Virus record (IMG/VR): IMGVR_UViG_3300002092_001375
Coordinates: 3,451 to 67,450 of that record
Length of the DNA stretch: 64,000 bases
Origin: a virus
Direction: 5' to 3' (one strand)
Shown: positions 39,267-49,061 of the stretch, piece after piece
Position numbering within the stretch: the first letter of the stretch is position 1
How the letters are laid out: each line of letters begins with the position of its first letter
The notes under the pieces: generated by a model
Database searches by the model: none
Told to the model about the DNA's origin: nothing
What the model saw: only the letters and a program-made list of their open reading frames with translations
Translations under genes and position numbers: made by a program

Positions 39267-39354
39267 TAAGTGATAAATTACTATATACAAAAAGGATAGA
39301 ATTATGAAAGTAAGTGATAAATTACTATATACAAAAAGGATAGAATTATGAAAG
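39267..39354 (+). repeat. perfect 44-bp tandem duplication of promoter motif, SD and start codon
   Basis: taagtgataaattactatatacaaaaaggatagaattatgaaag at 39267-39310 and 39311-39354. Confidence 0.92.
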
Positions 39355-40415
39355 TTAGTAAAATACCTGGCCTTGGAAGATTTGGAATCTTTATTGATGA
39401 TGTAAACTTTGAACACCTCACAGACGAAGAGTGGACCGAGATCGGTAAACTACATCTACAGAATTTCGTAACCATCATTAGAAACTGTAATCTAAACTGG
39501 GAAAAACAGGCCGAATGGTGTATGAAGTGGGGAGATACTCGCTATGGTATACGTTATCTAATTCTAAAGAAATATCCTGGCAAGTCTTGGTCACAAGTGG
39601 TACAGCTTTCTCTAAAGGATGATCCTAGTATCGACCCTATTGATCGTTTAAGGTTACAAAATATAGCTCGAATGCAGCAAGTTAGTCCAGAAGGACGCCA
39701 TGTAATGCGAGTCACAGGCAAGCGAGATGCCGAAGGTAATGCGCTTGGCATGTTTGCTGAAGGTGAACTTCTTTGGCATTCTAATGAGAGTGGAACGCTA
39801 ACAGCCACACCCGGAGTTGCCTTATTAGCAGCCGAGAACGTAGTTGGATCTGCTACAGGGTTTATTACCACTCCAGACTATTATGAATCAGTAAGTAATG
39901 CCTTTCGTAGTGAACTCGATGAGATGACATTGATACATCGCTTTACTCCTGGCAAGATTAATCCTGGGCTTAGGATAGAACAAGATGAGGTTATGCACGC
40001 CAATATGTGCCCAGAAGATGATGCCGAGATTCCTATGATCATGCGTAGCCCTGGCGGAACGTTAGGTCTACACTATAGTATCAATACAGTACATAGTATC
40101 AAAGGAATGAGTAAAGTAGATTCCGATAAAGTGTTTGATGCCATTAACAAAGAGCTGTTTACTGAGAAATATATATATGATCATTGGTATAAGAATAACG
40201 GGGACTTCTGTCTATTTGATAATTCTATAACACTACATCGCAGATTGGGAGATATCAAAGACAGACTTTGCTATCGTATCCAACACGACTATTCCAATCT
40301 CCAAGACGGATTCTGGCAACCATATCTCCAAGAAGATTTTGCCAAACTCTACGAGGAAGAAATCAAATACTATGTAGAATTAGCAGGTATTAAAGGTTTT
40401 AAATTACCAAAATGA
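39348..40415 (+). CDS. TauD/TfdA-family Fe(II)/2OG dioxygenase
   Basis: ELLWHSNE, ATGFITT, YDHWY...GDFCLFDNSITLHRR, R..YRI. Confidence 0.8.
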   Translation: MKVSKIPGLGRFGIFIDDVNFEHLTDEEWTEIGKLHLQNFVTIIRNCNLNWEKQAEWCMKWGDTRYGIRYLILKKYPGKSWSQVVQLSLKDDPSIDPIDRLRLQNIARMQQVSPEGRHVMRVTGKRDAEGNALGMFAEGELLWHSNESGTLTATPGVALLAAENVVGSATGFITTPDYYESVSNAFRSELDEMTLIHRFTPGKINPGLRIEQDEVMHANMCPEDDAEIPMIMRSPGGTLGLHYSINTVHSIKGMSKVDSDKVFDAINKELFTEKYIYDHWYKNNGDFCLFDNSITLHRRLGDIKDRLCYRIQHDYSNLQDGFWQPYLQEDFAKLYEEEIKYYVELAGIKGFKLPK

Positions 40416-40966
40416 AAATTTTATGCACAGGGAATCCTAAAAAAGGTATTGCTAAAGAAATTTGTAATCTATTCCCTAATGCTGATTTTATTTCTAGAAC
40501 AAACGGATATGATTTAAACTCTATTAATGGTCAAGAAGATTTTAAAAATATAATATCAAATTATGATGTTTTTATAAATCATAGCCAACTAGACATCGGT
40601 GTTCAAATAAAATTATTAGAATATACTAATAATGCATGGGATAAAGGTATTGTTATTAATATCGGTAGCATAATTGAATTTCCTAAATGGGAATGGATAG
40701 ATTTAGAAGCAGCAATTGATAAAAGAAAATTAAGAGATTTAAGTTTAAACTTGATAAATGAGAATTTTAAAACTAGTTATCTAATTTTAGGAGGTTTAAT
40801 TTCTGATTGTGCAGTTGAATATTTAGATCCTTTACGGATTTATCCTTCAAAAGTAGCTAATATAATAAAATGGATTTTAGAAAATGACCTCGATATTCCA
40901 TTAATTTATATTGATAAAATGTCAGATAAATTATCTAATTTTTGGTTGGATAAAAAAACCTCATGA
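40412..40966 (+). CDS. short-chain dehydrogenase/reductase-like protein
   Basis: ILCTG...GIA, DVFIN, VINIGS; catalytic Tyr not evident (AAIDK). Confidence 0.6.
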   Translation: MKILCTGNPKKGIAKEICNLFPNADFISRTNGYDLNSINGQEDFKNIISNYDVFINHSQLDIGVQIKLLEYTNNAWDKGIVINIGSIIEFPKWEWIDLEAAIDKRKLRDLSLNLINENFKTSYLILGGLISDCAVEYLDPLRIYPSKVANIIKWILENDLDIPLIYIDKMSDKLSNFWLDKKTS

Positions 40967-41613
40967 ATAATCAAAAACTTTATTATTTTTCTGATGCAAA
41001 ATTTTTGAAACTCGATATTTCGATACCACATGAAGAAATTTTAGAAGAATGTAAAAAATTAAAAAATAGATTCACCAATCATAGAGGAAATTCCCACAAT
41101 GGATGGAAAAGTCTTTCTTTATACGGATTAGCTGAGAATAAACACGAAAGCTGGCAAGACTATAACTACAGTTCAGCTATTGAAGCAGCTAAAGACTTTG
41201 TTTGGACAACTGCTGCTGATGATTGTCCTATAACTGTTAATTGGTTAAAAAATAATTTCCCTTGTCAAAGGTTTGGAAGAGTTAGATTTATGCTAGTTGA
41301 AGCAGGAGGGCATATAGGATTGCACTCCGATACAAAATATAGAATATTAGAAAATATAAACATATCAGTAAGTAATCCAAAAAATTGTATTTGGCAATGG
41401 GGCGACGGAGAGGAATTATTTATGGAGCCCGGAAATGCCTATGCAATGAATATTAGCTACGAACACGCAGTGTATAATAGAAGCAATGAAGATAGATTTC
41501 ATTTAATTGTAGCAAGACATGATTCAACTTTAGAGTGGCAAAAACTTATCAATGATGCTGCTAAAAAATCTAATATTGTTGGGCATTACGAACAACACGA
41601 AATCGCTGTTTAA
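40963..41613 (+). CDS. Asp/Asn beta-hydroxylase-like Fe(II)/2OG oxygenase
   Basis: RVRFMLVEAGGHIGLHSD, EHAVYN...DRFHLIV. Confidence 0.85.
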   Translation: MNNQKLYYFSDAKFLKLDISIPHEEILEECKKLKNRFTNHRGNSHNGWKSLSLYGLAENKHESWQDYNYSSAIEAAKDFVWTTAADDCPITVNWLKNNFPCQRFGRVRFMLVEAGGHIGLHSDTKYRILENINISVSNPKNCIWQWGDGEELFMEPGNAYAMNISYEHAVYNRSNEDRFHLIVARHDSTLEWQKLINDAAKKSNIVGHYEQHEIAV

Positions 41614-43037
41614 CCTAATATTTTAGAACTTGCCCAATCGTAAATATGCCATGGTAGTTTCGTTAGTTGATTTATATCTGTTAAATTAAATTCTTCGACT
41701 TTACCAAATAATTTCCGTTCAGACTGATAATACCCGTCGGATGCTCGAGATGTCATCATTAATGTAATATTTGGATCTTTATTTTTTAATTTTAATAATA
41801 AACTATTTTCACAACTTATACGATATTTCAAACTCTGAGTGGCAATATATGGACAATGTGTAAAGACGTCACTAAGATTTATAATTGTATTTTTTCCTGC
41901 TAAAAGCCAATTAAAATCGTATTCTGACATATAATCTATTAAAATAAAATCAAAATTTATTTTTTTAACTTTATTCCAAATGTTTGTCCAATCGTTTTCT
42001 TCTATAAATTTTTCCCACTCTCTTTTCGTATAATCAATATAAGCATCAATATCACGATCAAAACTACTAGGCAAAACAGGCATGTGCTTACGATAAAATT
42101 CAGGATAATCTTTTCCATCCCATTCTGTTACTAATAATTTCATAAATTGTAAACAATTATAATTGATATCAGTAAATATTACTTTAGTATCATCAGTTAT
42201 GCCAATATTACAAATGTTTGTTGCCCAATATAACCCAATGCCTACAGTCACGTATTGTTCTACAGGCCCATTATAATCAATTTTTTTCTTAAATGTATCA
42301 CTATTCCACGAAGAATAAAAATTATTACAGAAAAATTGATTATAATATATTTTAGATAGTCTTTTAAGAAATACATGATCATATTCGTAATATAGATAAT
42401 ATTTGTTATCTCTTATTTTACTTCCTACATCTATTAATATCTTATTATTTTTGAGTGCTACAGAAATAATATTCCATCCGTGGCATTTCATTTCATATTT
42501 TTTTTCTTTTGTACCCGAAATTATCCATTTTGCTATTTCGTCATCATTATATAATTTTTCATTACTTCTTATTGGTTCAATTTGAATATGTTCTTCACTC
42601 TTTTGTGAACCAATAAATGGCTTATTAAGATCTAAATATTCTACCATGTTTACGATGTAAAATTGATGATGCAGTTCATAATACCCATTTTTCCAATAAG
42701 AATTTTCATTTCTTTCTAATATATGTCCAGATATAAAGAAGTCTTGCTGACATATTTCTTCGATTGCTAAAAAAATTCTATCAGATAATCCTAAATACGT
42801 ACCAGAAGAAACCACAACAGTATGCGTGTAGAAAATATCTAAACTAACTTTCTCTAATAACTTATCTTCATCTTTATCGATAAAAATATCAAAACCAAAT
42901 GATTTAAATCTATGAATTAAAAAATCTGTTATATTAATTGAAATTTCTCTAGCCCAATTACTTTGACATAATGAATGATTATCAACAATACAACATGCTA
43001 TACGTTTCTTTTTTTCTATACTAAATTCCATTACCAT
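41610..43037 (-). CDS. hypothetical protein (possible transferase)
   Basis: 475 aa; GHIL...YYELHHQFYIVN; no motif assigned confidently. Confidence 0.7.
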   Translation of the reverse strand: MVMEFSIEKKKRIACCIVDNHSLCQSNWAREISINITDFLIHRFKSFGFDIFIDKDEDKLLEKVSLDIFYTHTVVVSSGTYLGLSDRIFLAIEEICQQDFFISGHILERNENSYWKNGYYELHHQFYIVNMVEYLDLNKPFIGSQKSEEHIQIEPIRSNEKLYNDDEIAKWIISGTKEKKYEMKCHGWNIISVALKNNKILIDVGSKIRDNKYYLYYEYDHVFLKRLSKIYYNQFFCNNFYSSWNSDTFKKKIDYNGPVEQYVTVGIGLYWATNICNIGITDDTKVIFTDINYNCLQFMKLLVTEWDGKDYPEFYRKHMPVLPSSFDRDIDAYIDYTKREWEKFIEENDWTNIWNKVKKINFDFILIDYMSEYDFNWLLAGKNTIINLSDVFTHCPYIATQSLKYRISCENSLLLKLKNKDPNITLMMTSRASDGYYQSERKLFGKVEEFNLTDINQLTKLPWHIYDWASSKILG

Positions 43038-43594
43038 TTTGGGTATCTCGCTAAATCGTCCGAAAATTTATCAGGAAATAATTCCCAAACCGTTTGATTT
43101 GTTGAACGATAATAAACTTCTTTAATCTGTTTCATTATACCTTTTCTTTCTAAAGCGGGTCCAAAAATAGTATGAACTTTTTTTTGAGTTCCAACTTCAT
43201 TTTTATTTGTAGTTATGTATAATCTAGCATTCTGTGGAGCCCAATTTATACATGTTGGTATTAAAAATTGAGATGTTGGATTCTGATGTTTGGTAATCAC
43301 ACTTATGGTTCTCAATGCTGTATTATAATTATCGGATAGTTTGTCAGTAAATACACACGTACGGGCCGCGATCCTAAAACTATTTTCTCCCATAACATCA
43401 TCAAAACTATGTACTGCCACACTACCAACTGCACTATTGTTATAATATAAAATCCAAACTTTCCAATGTTTTTCATTTTTAAAACAGTCTATCATATTTT
43501 TTTGAGAGGAATTATTCATAAATCCTCTTGCAGCAGCATCTTTATAAAATTCTTCTAAATTTAATTCATTAGACCAAGGGATTATATTATACAT
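43031..43594 (-). CDS. GNAT-like protein
   Basis: WILYYNNSAVGSVAVH, FRIAARTCV, LYITTN. Confidence 0.5.
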   Translation of the reverse strand: MYNIIPWSNELNLEEFYKDAAARGFMNNSSQKNMIDCFKNEKHWKVWILYYNNSAVGSVAVHSFDDVMGENSFRIAARTCVFTDKLSDNYNTALRTISVITKHQNPTSQFLIPTCINWAPQNARLYITTNKNEVGTQKKVHTIFGPALERKGIMKQIKEVYYRSTNQTVWELFPDKFSDDLARYPKW

Positions 43595-44268
43595 TTTACC
43601 TTCTCGATAAATTCTTTTGGATAATTAGTTCTAAAACTTTCCCAACAAAGATTTTCAAGTACATTAAAAGTTTGTGGTTCGTACCAATCTATATTCAAAG
43701 ATGTTGTATATCTCTGCATTTCCAATTTTCTATTATCACTTAAATGACTTTGATGTTCAGCTATAGTGATTGGGCCTTCATTTTCTAAATATGTAAAAAA
43801 ATAATTAATACTTTTAAGCCGTCCGTTGACTATAAAATAACTACTAGGATGCATAGAAAATTTATACCATCGATTATCCTTATGTGCTTTTATAATTCTT
43901 AACATTTGATCTTGCCAATCTGATAAAATTAAATCAAAACTACATGATTTATCTAAACTCTGTTGCCAAAAATCAACACCGTCAATTTTTAAATATATTT
44001 TAAAATTTAAAAAATCTATATCTAATATTTCCGGAACCATGTCGGGGTTGTGCAATGCCATATCTTGTAAAAAATGTAATTCTCGTTGCCATTTAATATA
44101 CATAAGTTCTGGGTCTACTACTTGATTTTTTCCTTTATGATAATCACTATCATTAACATAATGCTGCACAAAAACCTTTTTATCTTCGCTTATCAAACTT
44201 GTATAAATTAAATTATTTCTCCAAGGCGTATTACCCGGAACTTGATTATAATAATAGTTATAATTCAT
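43582..44268 (-). CDS. protein kinase/phosphotransferase-like fold protein
   Basis: RELHFL...VPEILDID...KIYL, KFSMHPSSYF, LKSINYF; paralog of 49054..49716. Confidence 0.5.
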   Translation of the reverse strand: MNYNYYYNQVPGNTPWRNNLIYTSLISEDKKVFVQHYVNDSDYHKGKNQVVDPELMYIKWQRELHFLQDMALHNPDMVPEILDIDFLNFKIYLKIDGVDFWQQSLDKSCSFDLILSDWQDQMLRIIKAHKDNRWYKFSMHPSSYFIVNGRLKSINYFFTYLENEGPITIAEHQSHLSDNRKLEMQRYTTSLNIDWYEPQTFNVLENLCWESFRTNYPKEFIEKVKCII

Positions 44269-44286
44269 TCTTACCTCTTGCAGATA

Positions 44287-44302
44287 TAGTTATCAATAAG
44301 TA
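44287..44302. promoter_or_regulatory. back-to-back late-promoter-like motifs (GATAACTA on -, AATAAGTA on +)
   Basis: Divergent intergenic region; 44287-94 minus, 44295-302 plus. Confidence 0.5.
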
Positions 44303-44328
44303 ATAAAGTTAGGAATAATTTAGATAAA

Positions 44329-44403
44329 ATGATTAAGTGGTTTAAAATTTTATTTTCACGATTATTAAAAAAAAAGAAAAAACCACCGTTTATTTATTGG
44401 TAA
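44329..44403 (+). CDS. 24-aa basic peptide MIKWFKILFSRLLKKKKKPPFIYW
   Basis: ATG 44329 to TAA 44403, first ORF after the late-type motif; below ORF-track length cutoff. Confidence 0.5.
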   Translation: MIKWFKILFSRLLKKKKKPPFIYW

Positions 44404-44418
44404 TATGAAAGAATTATT

Positions 44419-45180
44419 ATGATCCCGACTAGGTTAGTTGTTTATGGTTGCAGTATCACTTCTGGTTTTGAATTAGCAGATACTATTATTTTTTCAGATT
44501 TAACAGAAAAAGAAATAGATAATAAGAAAAAAAAGATAGATATAATCGAATACATCAATTGGCAAAAAACAAAAACATCATTAGATCAAATTAAAGAATT
44601 AGAAAGAAACTTAGCTTGGCCTAAATACATAGCAGATGATTTAAATATAGAATACATTAATAAAGCATTTCCCGGCGGTGATACTGATTCGTCTATATTT
44701 TTATTAGAAAAAGATATCAATTCAAAATTTATTTTAAAAACAGACATAATTATTATAGCACATACTGATATTAGAAGATGGTTTTGGATAGATAATAATG
44801 GAATATCACACAACGGTTGTCTCGGGGGGACAGATAAACGATGGCCAACAGCAAGATTCCATAAAGATTTTGATAGATATGTAGCAAATAAGTATCATTT
44901 AGGGTATCACTGGTATAAAAATATTAAATATTTAGATATGTTATCTAAAAATCTTAACGGAATGTTACTACAACAATATTGTTATAGCAAATTAGATCAA
45001 GAATTATTAATGGATTTTCAAACTGACTTTACATCGTTAATCGATAATCAATACTCTTTCAAAAACATCTTAGATTTAAACGATTATGCTAACTTACACG
45101 TATTCGGACATCCAAAAGTAAATTATCATAAAACATTTGCTAGTCACTTATTAAATAGAATAAGAGAAAAAATACTATGA
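44419..45180 (+). CDS. SGNH/GDSL hydrolase-like protein
   Basis: VYGCSIT block I, NKAFPGG block II, GHP block V. Confidence 0.65.
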   Translation: MIPTRLVVYGCSITSGFELADTIIFSDLTEKEIDNKKKKIDIIEYINWQKTKTSLDQIKELERNLAWPKYIADDLNIEYINKAFPGGDTDSSIFLLEKDINSKFILKTDIIIIAHTDIRRWFWIDNNGISHNGCLGGTDKRWPTARFHKDFDRYVANKYHLGYHWYKNIKYLDMLSKNLNGMLLQQYCYSKLDQELLMDFQTDFTSLIDNQYSFKNILDLNDYANLHVFGHPKVNYHKTFASHLLNRIREKIL

Positions 45181-46220
45181 ATCTATTAACAAATACTGTA
45201 TCTCTTTGCGAACACTGTTATAGACATGTCCCAGCTATACGATTTGAAAGAGATGGAAAAATTTGGTTAGGAAAAACATGCGAAGAGCACGGGAATGTTG
45301 AACATATAATTGAACCAGATTCAAAATTTTATAAAGATTTTATTTACCCTCGATGGGAATATAAAACTTATTTTATAGAAGTCACAAATCATTGTAATCT
45401 AAATTGCCCACACTGCTATCAAATTCCGAATAATTCTAGTATAAACAGATCGTTAGAAGATATTATTTCTCAAATTTCTAATTATCCCAACGACGGGTAT
45501 TCGATATGCCTAGCAGGAGCAGAACCGACTGTAAGAAAAGATTTAGACCAATTAATTAGAGAAATAAACAATCTTCCTGGAAAACCTAGAGATATAATAA
45601 TTCTCACTAATGGGGTAAACTTGTCAAAAATAGAATATGCTAAAAAATTTATTAATATAAAAAATATCTTTTGGACTTTTGGATTAAATCATCCAGACTA
45701 TCATGGAAATTATATTAGAGATAAACAGTTATTAGGATTACAAAATTGCATCGATTTAGGTCTCAATATTAAAAATATAAGTTATACCCTAGAAGGCTTA
45801 CATCAATTAGAATACTGCTTAACAGAGATATTAGATTTTCGTTCTAGATTTTGTGAAAAATTTAGAATACGAGTTAGTGCCGATATAGGTAGAAACCCTA
45901 AGGAACCCGATATATATCTAAGTCAATTAGTTAAATCTGTACAAAAAATATGTGAAAAGAATAATTGGACGTACAAAGAAGAAATGTCTTCAGGAATTAG
46001 AGCACATTTTCCTGTCTACATCAATGATGTTTATATAAAACTAATTCAATGGCCGAATGTTAAAACAATTGATTTAGAAGAAATGCAAACAGAAACCTGG
46101 GCAGATTTTTTACCCGGAAAACCTATTAGTTCACTCATTCATCAAGCTATACTACGAGATGCTATAATAAATAAAAATATAACACTCAACGATACCATAC
46201 CTGAAAGATTTAGAAGATGA
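45177..46220 (+). CDS. radical SAM enzyme with N-terminal CxxC-X20-CxxH metal site
   Basis: SLCEHC...KTCEEHG, CNLNCPHC, AGAEPT, LTNG. Confidence 0.88.
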   Translation: MNLLTNTVSLCEHCYRHVPAIRFERDGKIWLGKTCEEHGNVEHIIEPDSKFYKDFIYPRWEYKTYFIEVTNHCNLNCPHCYQIPNNSSINRSLEDIISQISNYPNDGYSICLAGAEPTVRKDLDQLIREINNLPGKPRDIIILTNGVNLSKIEYAKKFINIKNIFWTFGLNHPDYHGNYIRDKQLLGLQNCIDLGLNIKNISYTLEGLHQLEYCLTEILDFRSRFCEKFRIRVSADIGRNPKEPDIYLSQLVKSVQKICEKNNWTYKEEMSSGIRAHFPVYINDVYIKLIQWPNVKTIDLEEMQTETWADFLPGKPISSLIHQAILRDAIINKNITLNDTIPERFRR

Positions 46221-47017
46221 TAAAAGGAATAAACAATCAACACTATTATGATTTAGAATCATATTTAGATATGGAATCATTTCAAAAATTACAACCCGAA
46301 ATTTATACAGGATTTGCCGAAGCAAGAGAATTTGCCAAAGAAGGTACTTGGATGAAACCGGGATTTACATGGAAAGATTCAAGTTATATTATAAATTGGA
46401 AACCAATCCCCTATGCTTTAGAAGAATTTATTGAATTGCCAGATGATGATCCAATTAAAATCGAAGGAATGAAATTATACAAAGATTTAAAAAATTATCA
46501 ATGCCGTAATAAATTTACAAGATTTTTAAAAATGGCAATGGGTGCTTACGATCCTTATATATATTATTTTTTATGGGAAGAAGGATCATGGGATGATAGA
46601 ACAGCACCTCGTAAACTAACCGAAGAAGCTCAATTTTTTCCTAATGTAGTTAAGTGGGTTGAGGAATTACAAGGTACTGTATTTGAACATATCGGTCGTG
46701 TTATATTCTTCCATTGTGAAGCTGGGGGTATTCCATTCGAACATAGAGATTTAGATGCAAAAAACGGAATAGATGAAAGATTCCCGCATCGAAACGAATT
46801 TATACATATACGACCCAATACTAAAAAAGCCATGTATATTTGGGATCCTAAAACCAAAAATAAAGTATATATAAATACAAGAGCCGGATGGTGGAATGAT
46901 CAAGATTGGCACGGCGGTGAAATGATAATGGAACCTAGTTATTCATTACGCATCGATGGAAGATTTACAGAAGAATTTCGTAAGAAACTAAGCATAGATC
47001 ATTTGGAGAACTATTGA
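46217..47017 (+). CDS. Fe(II)/2OG oxygenase-like protein
   Basis: GRVIFF...PFEHRD, DWHGG, YSLRIDG. Confidence 0.65.
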   Translation: MIKGINNQHYYDLESYLDMESFQKLQPEIYTGFAEAREFAKEGTWMKPGFTWKDSSYIINWKPIPYALEEFIELPDDDPIKIEGMKLYKDLKNYQCRNKFTRFLKMAMGAYDPYIYYFLWEEGSWDDRTAPRKLTEEAQFFPNVVKWVEELQGTVFEHIGRVIFFHCEAGGIPFEHRDLDAKNGIDERFPHRNEFIHIRPNTKKAMYIWDPKTKNKVYINTRAGWWNDQDWHGGEMIMEPSYSLRIDGRFTEEFRKKLSIDHLENY

Positions 47018-47529
47018 TGAAATATATCGGAAATTATGAATCCTGGATAAAACAAGAATGGATTGATTATATGAAAAGACCCGACACTGGATACTTTTCT
47101 CCTAGAGACTATAGCGACGAAAAAATAAATGAACCTGGGATTAAAAAACTATTCACAGACACCGAATGGGATAGAAATGGAGTATTTGCTATATCGTACG
47201 AAAAAGAAAATTTTCCGTTTAATATAGAACTACCTATAGATTTTTCCGGCTATGACTCCGAATGGTGGTTTATGAAATTTACGTGTGGGTTAGGTCAACC
47301 AATACATCAAGATATGCCAATGGACGACAAGTATACCGAAGTAAAACGTTTCTGGATGGCTTTACAAGATTATGAACTAGGCCATCTGTTTATATACGAT
47401 AGTGACAAAATACTAACTGGATATAAACGTGGAGATATATATCAATATGAAGATCTCGATATGTGGCATACCGGTGGAAACTTAGGTAATCATACTCGAT
47501 TAACATTTAATATGACGGTATACAAATAA
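47017..47529 (+). CDS. Fe(II)/2OG oxygenase-like protein (paralog 1)
   Basis: QPIHQD, RFWMALQDYELGH, WHTGGN, RLTF. Confidence 0.75.
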   Translation: MKYIGNYESWIKQEWIDYMKRPDTGYFSPRDYSDEKINEPGIKKLFTDTEWDRNGVFAISYEKENFPFNIELPIDFSGYDSEWWFMKFTCGLGQPIHQDMPMDDKYTEVKRFWMALQDYELGHLFIYDSDKILTGYKRGDIYQYEDLDMWHTGGNLGNHTRLTFNMTVYK

Positions 47530-48026
47530 TGAAATACATAGGTAATTATTCCGATTGGGTGCAAGACGAATGGGTAAGTTTTATGGAAACTCATTCGGGA
47601 TTATTAGTGCCTCGTGACCAATCTGACAAAGATAAAGCCAACAATCCATTAAATGAAAGTAAGTTAGATATAAAATCATTAGTTTTTTGTCATCATTATG
47701 ACGATAACAATACTAATTTTAAAGTAAAACCTTGCTGGGATCCATCACCTACTTACTGTTGGTGGATGAACAAGTATCTACCATTGATGTCGATGCCATT
47801 ACATAGAGATAATTACAATAATCCTAACAATACCGTGTATATTCGATATTGGGTTGCATTAGAAGATTATGTACGGGGTCATATTATGTTGTATGAAGAC
47901 ACTATAATTACAGGCTATAAAAAAGGCGACGTATTTAAGTACGAAAACCCAGATGCATACCATGCTGGTAGCAATCTTAGTTGGGTTAATAGATATTCTT
48001 TAATGGTCACTACTTGGGAACAATAA
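47529..48026 (+). CDS. Fe(II)/2OG oxygenase-like protein (paralog 2)
   Basis: MPLHRD, RYWVALEDYVRGH, YHAGSN, RYSL. Confidence 0.75.
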   Translation: MKYIGNYSDWVQDEWVSFMETHSGLLVPRDQSDKDKANNPLNESKLDIKSLVFCHHYDDNNTNFKVKPCWDPSPTYCWWMNKYLPLMSMPLHRDNYNNPNNTVYIRYWVALEDYVRGHIMLYEDTIITGYKKGDVFKYENPDAYHAGSNLSWVNRYSLMVTTWEQ

Positions 48027-48041
48027 TGTTTGGTAAAATTA

Positions 48042-48563
48042 ATGAAATTCATAGGCAACTATAATAATTTAATAACTCTCGATTTAATGAATCGTTTAGA
48101 GACACGGAATGGTGATACAGTTCCGGTGTGGCAACCCGAACGATGGACAGGACGAAAAGAATGGGAAGATGCACGAGAAATTCTTCGTCCGGGCTATGCA
48201 CACTTAAATCTTTCATTTCAACAATTTAATATTTCTTCAGAAGATATGAAGGACTTTATCTTTGATTTTAAAATTCCAAATGATGATCGTAAAATAAGTT
48301 GGTGGTTTATTAAATTATTGCCTGGTCAGATGCAACCTATGCACTTTGATCCTCATCTTATAGAAATCGTTAATCCTAAACGCTATACTGTATTTTTACA
48401 AGATTGGAAGCCCGGGCATATTTTTACATGGAATAACAAAATGATTTGCGATTATAAAGCAGGGGATTTATTCGAATGGGACGATCCGATGTGTTACCAC
48501 GGATGTGTAAATATTGGGTATGAAAATCGATATACCTTACAAATCACTACGCACGGAACCTAG
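48042..48563 (+). CDS. Fe(II)/2OG oxygenase-like protein (paralog 3)
   Basis: QPMHFD, RYTVFLQDWKPGH, YHGCVN, RYTL; MKFIGNY start at 48042. Confidence 0.75.
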   Translation: MKFIGNYNNLITLDLMNRLETRNGDTVPVWQPERWTGRKEWEDAREILRPGYAHLNLSFQQFNISSEDMKDFIFDFKIPNDDRKISWWFIKLLPGQMQPMHFDPHLIEIVNPKRYTVFLQDWKPGHIFTWNNKMICDYKAGDLFEWDDPMCYHGCVNIGYENRYTLQITTHGT

Positions 48564-49061
48564 TATATGAAACATCCAATTAGCTTCTAATCCTGCATTA
48601 ATACCACTATGCCAATCTCTACTATTATTCCATTTAATAACAAAATCCTGTTTTAAATTATAATAATAAACATCATCTAATATAAAAATATGTCCATTAA
48701 CAAATGTCTTAGGTATAACTGTATACCTAAGAATAGAGCCGTGTTTTAAATATTCTTCTTCGTTATCATCTATATCCCAATGCCACGGTACTATATATCC
48801 TGGATCTATTCTACTAATCCAACTACGATGTACATTAATATCCAACATTTTTGCCACATCTGTGACAATAGATTCGTCATAATGTAATGTGGGATAATAG
48901 TTAATCCATTTAATAGACTTTAAATTAAAATTAGCATCTTTCCAAAGTTTAAGAATTTTTTCATATTCCGGATTATTAGTATTCCATTTACTAGGATCGA
49001 TATTAATTTCTATTCCTTCTTTATTTTCTAAGTCATCTATTATTAAATTCCAATTAATCAT
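48537..49061 (-). CDS. Fe(II)/2OG oxygenase-like protein (paralog 4)
   Basis: ISRIDPGYIVPWHWD, RYTV...GHIF, WHSGIN; GAGGT SD before ATG 49061. Confidence 0.75.
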   Translation of the reverse strand: MINWNLIIDDLENKEGIEINIDPSKWNTNNPEYEKILKLWKDANFNLKSIKWINYYPTLHYDESIVTDVAKMLDINVHRSWISRIDPGYIVPWHWDIDDNEEEYLKHGSILRYTVIPKTFVNGHIFILDDVYYYNLKQDFVIKWNNSRDWHSGINAGLEANWMFHILGSVRSDL

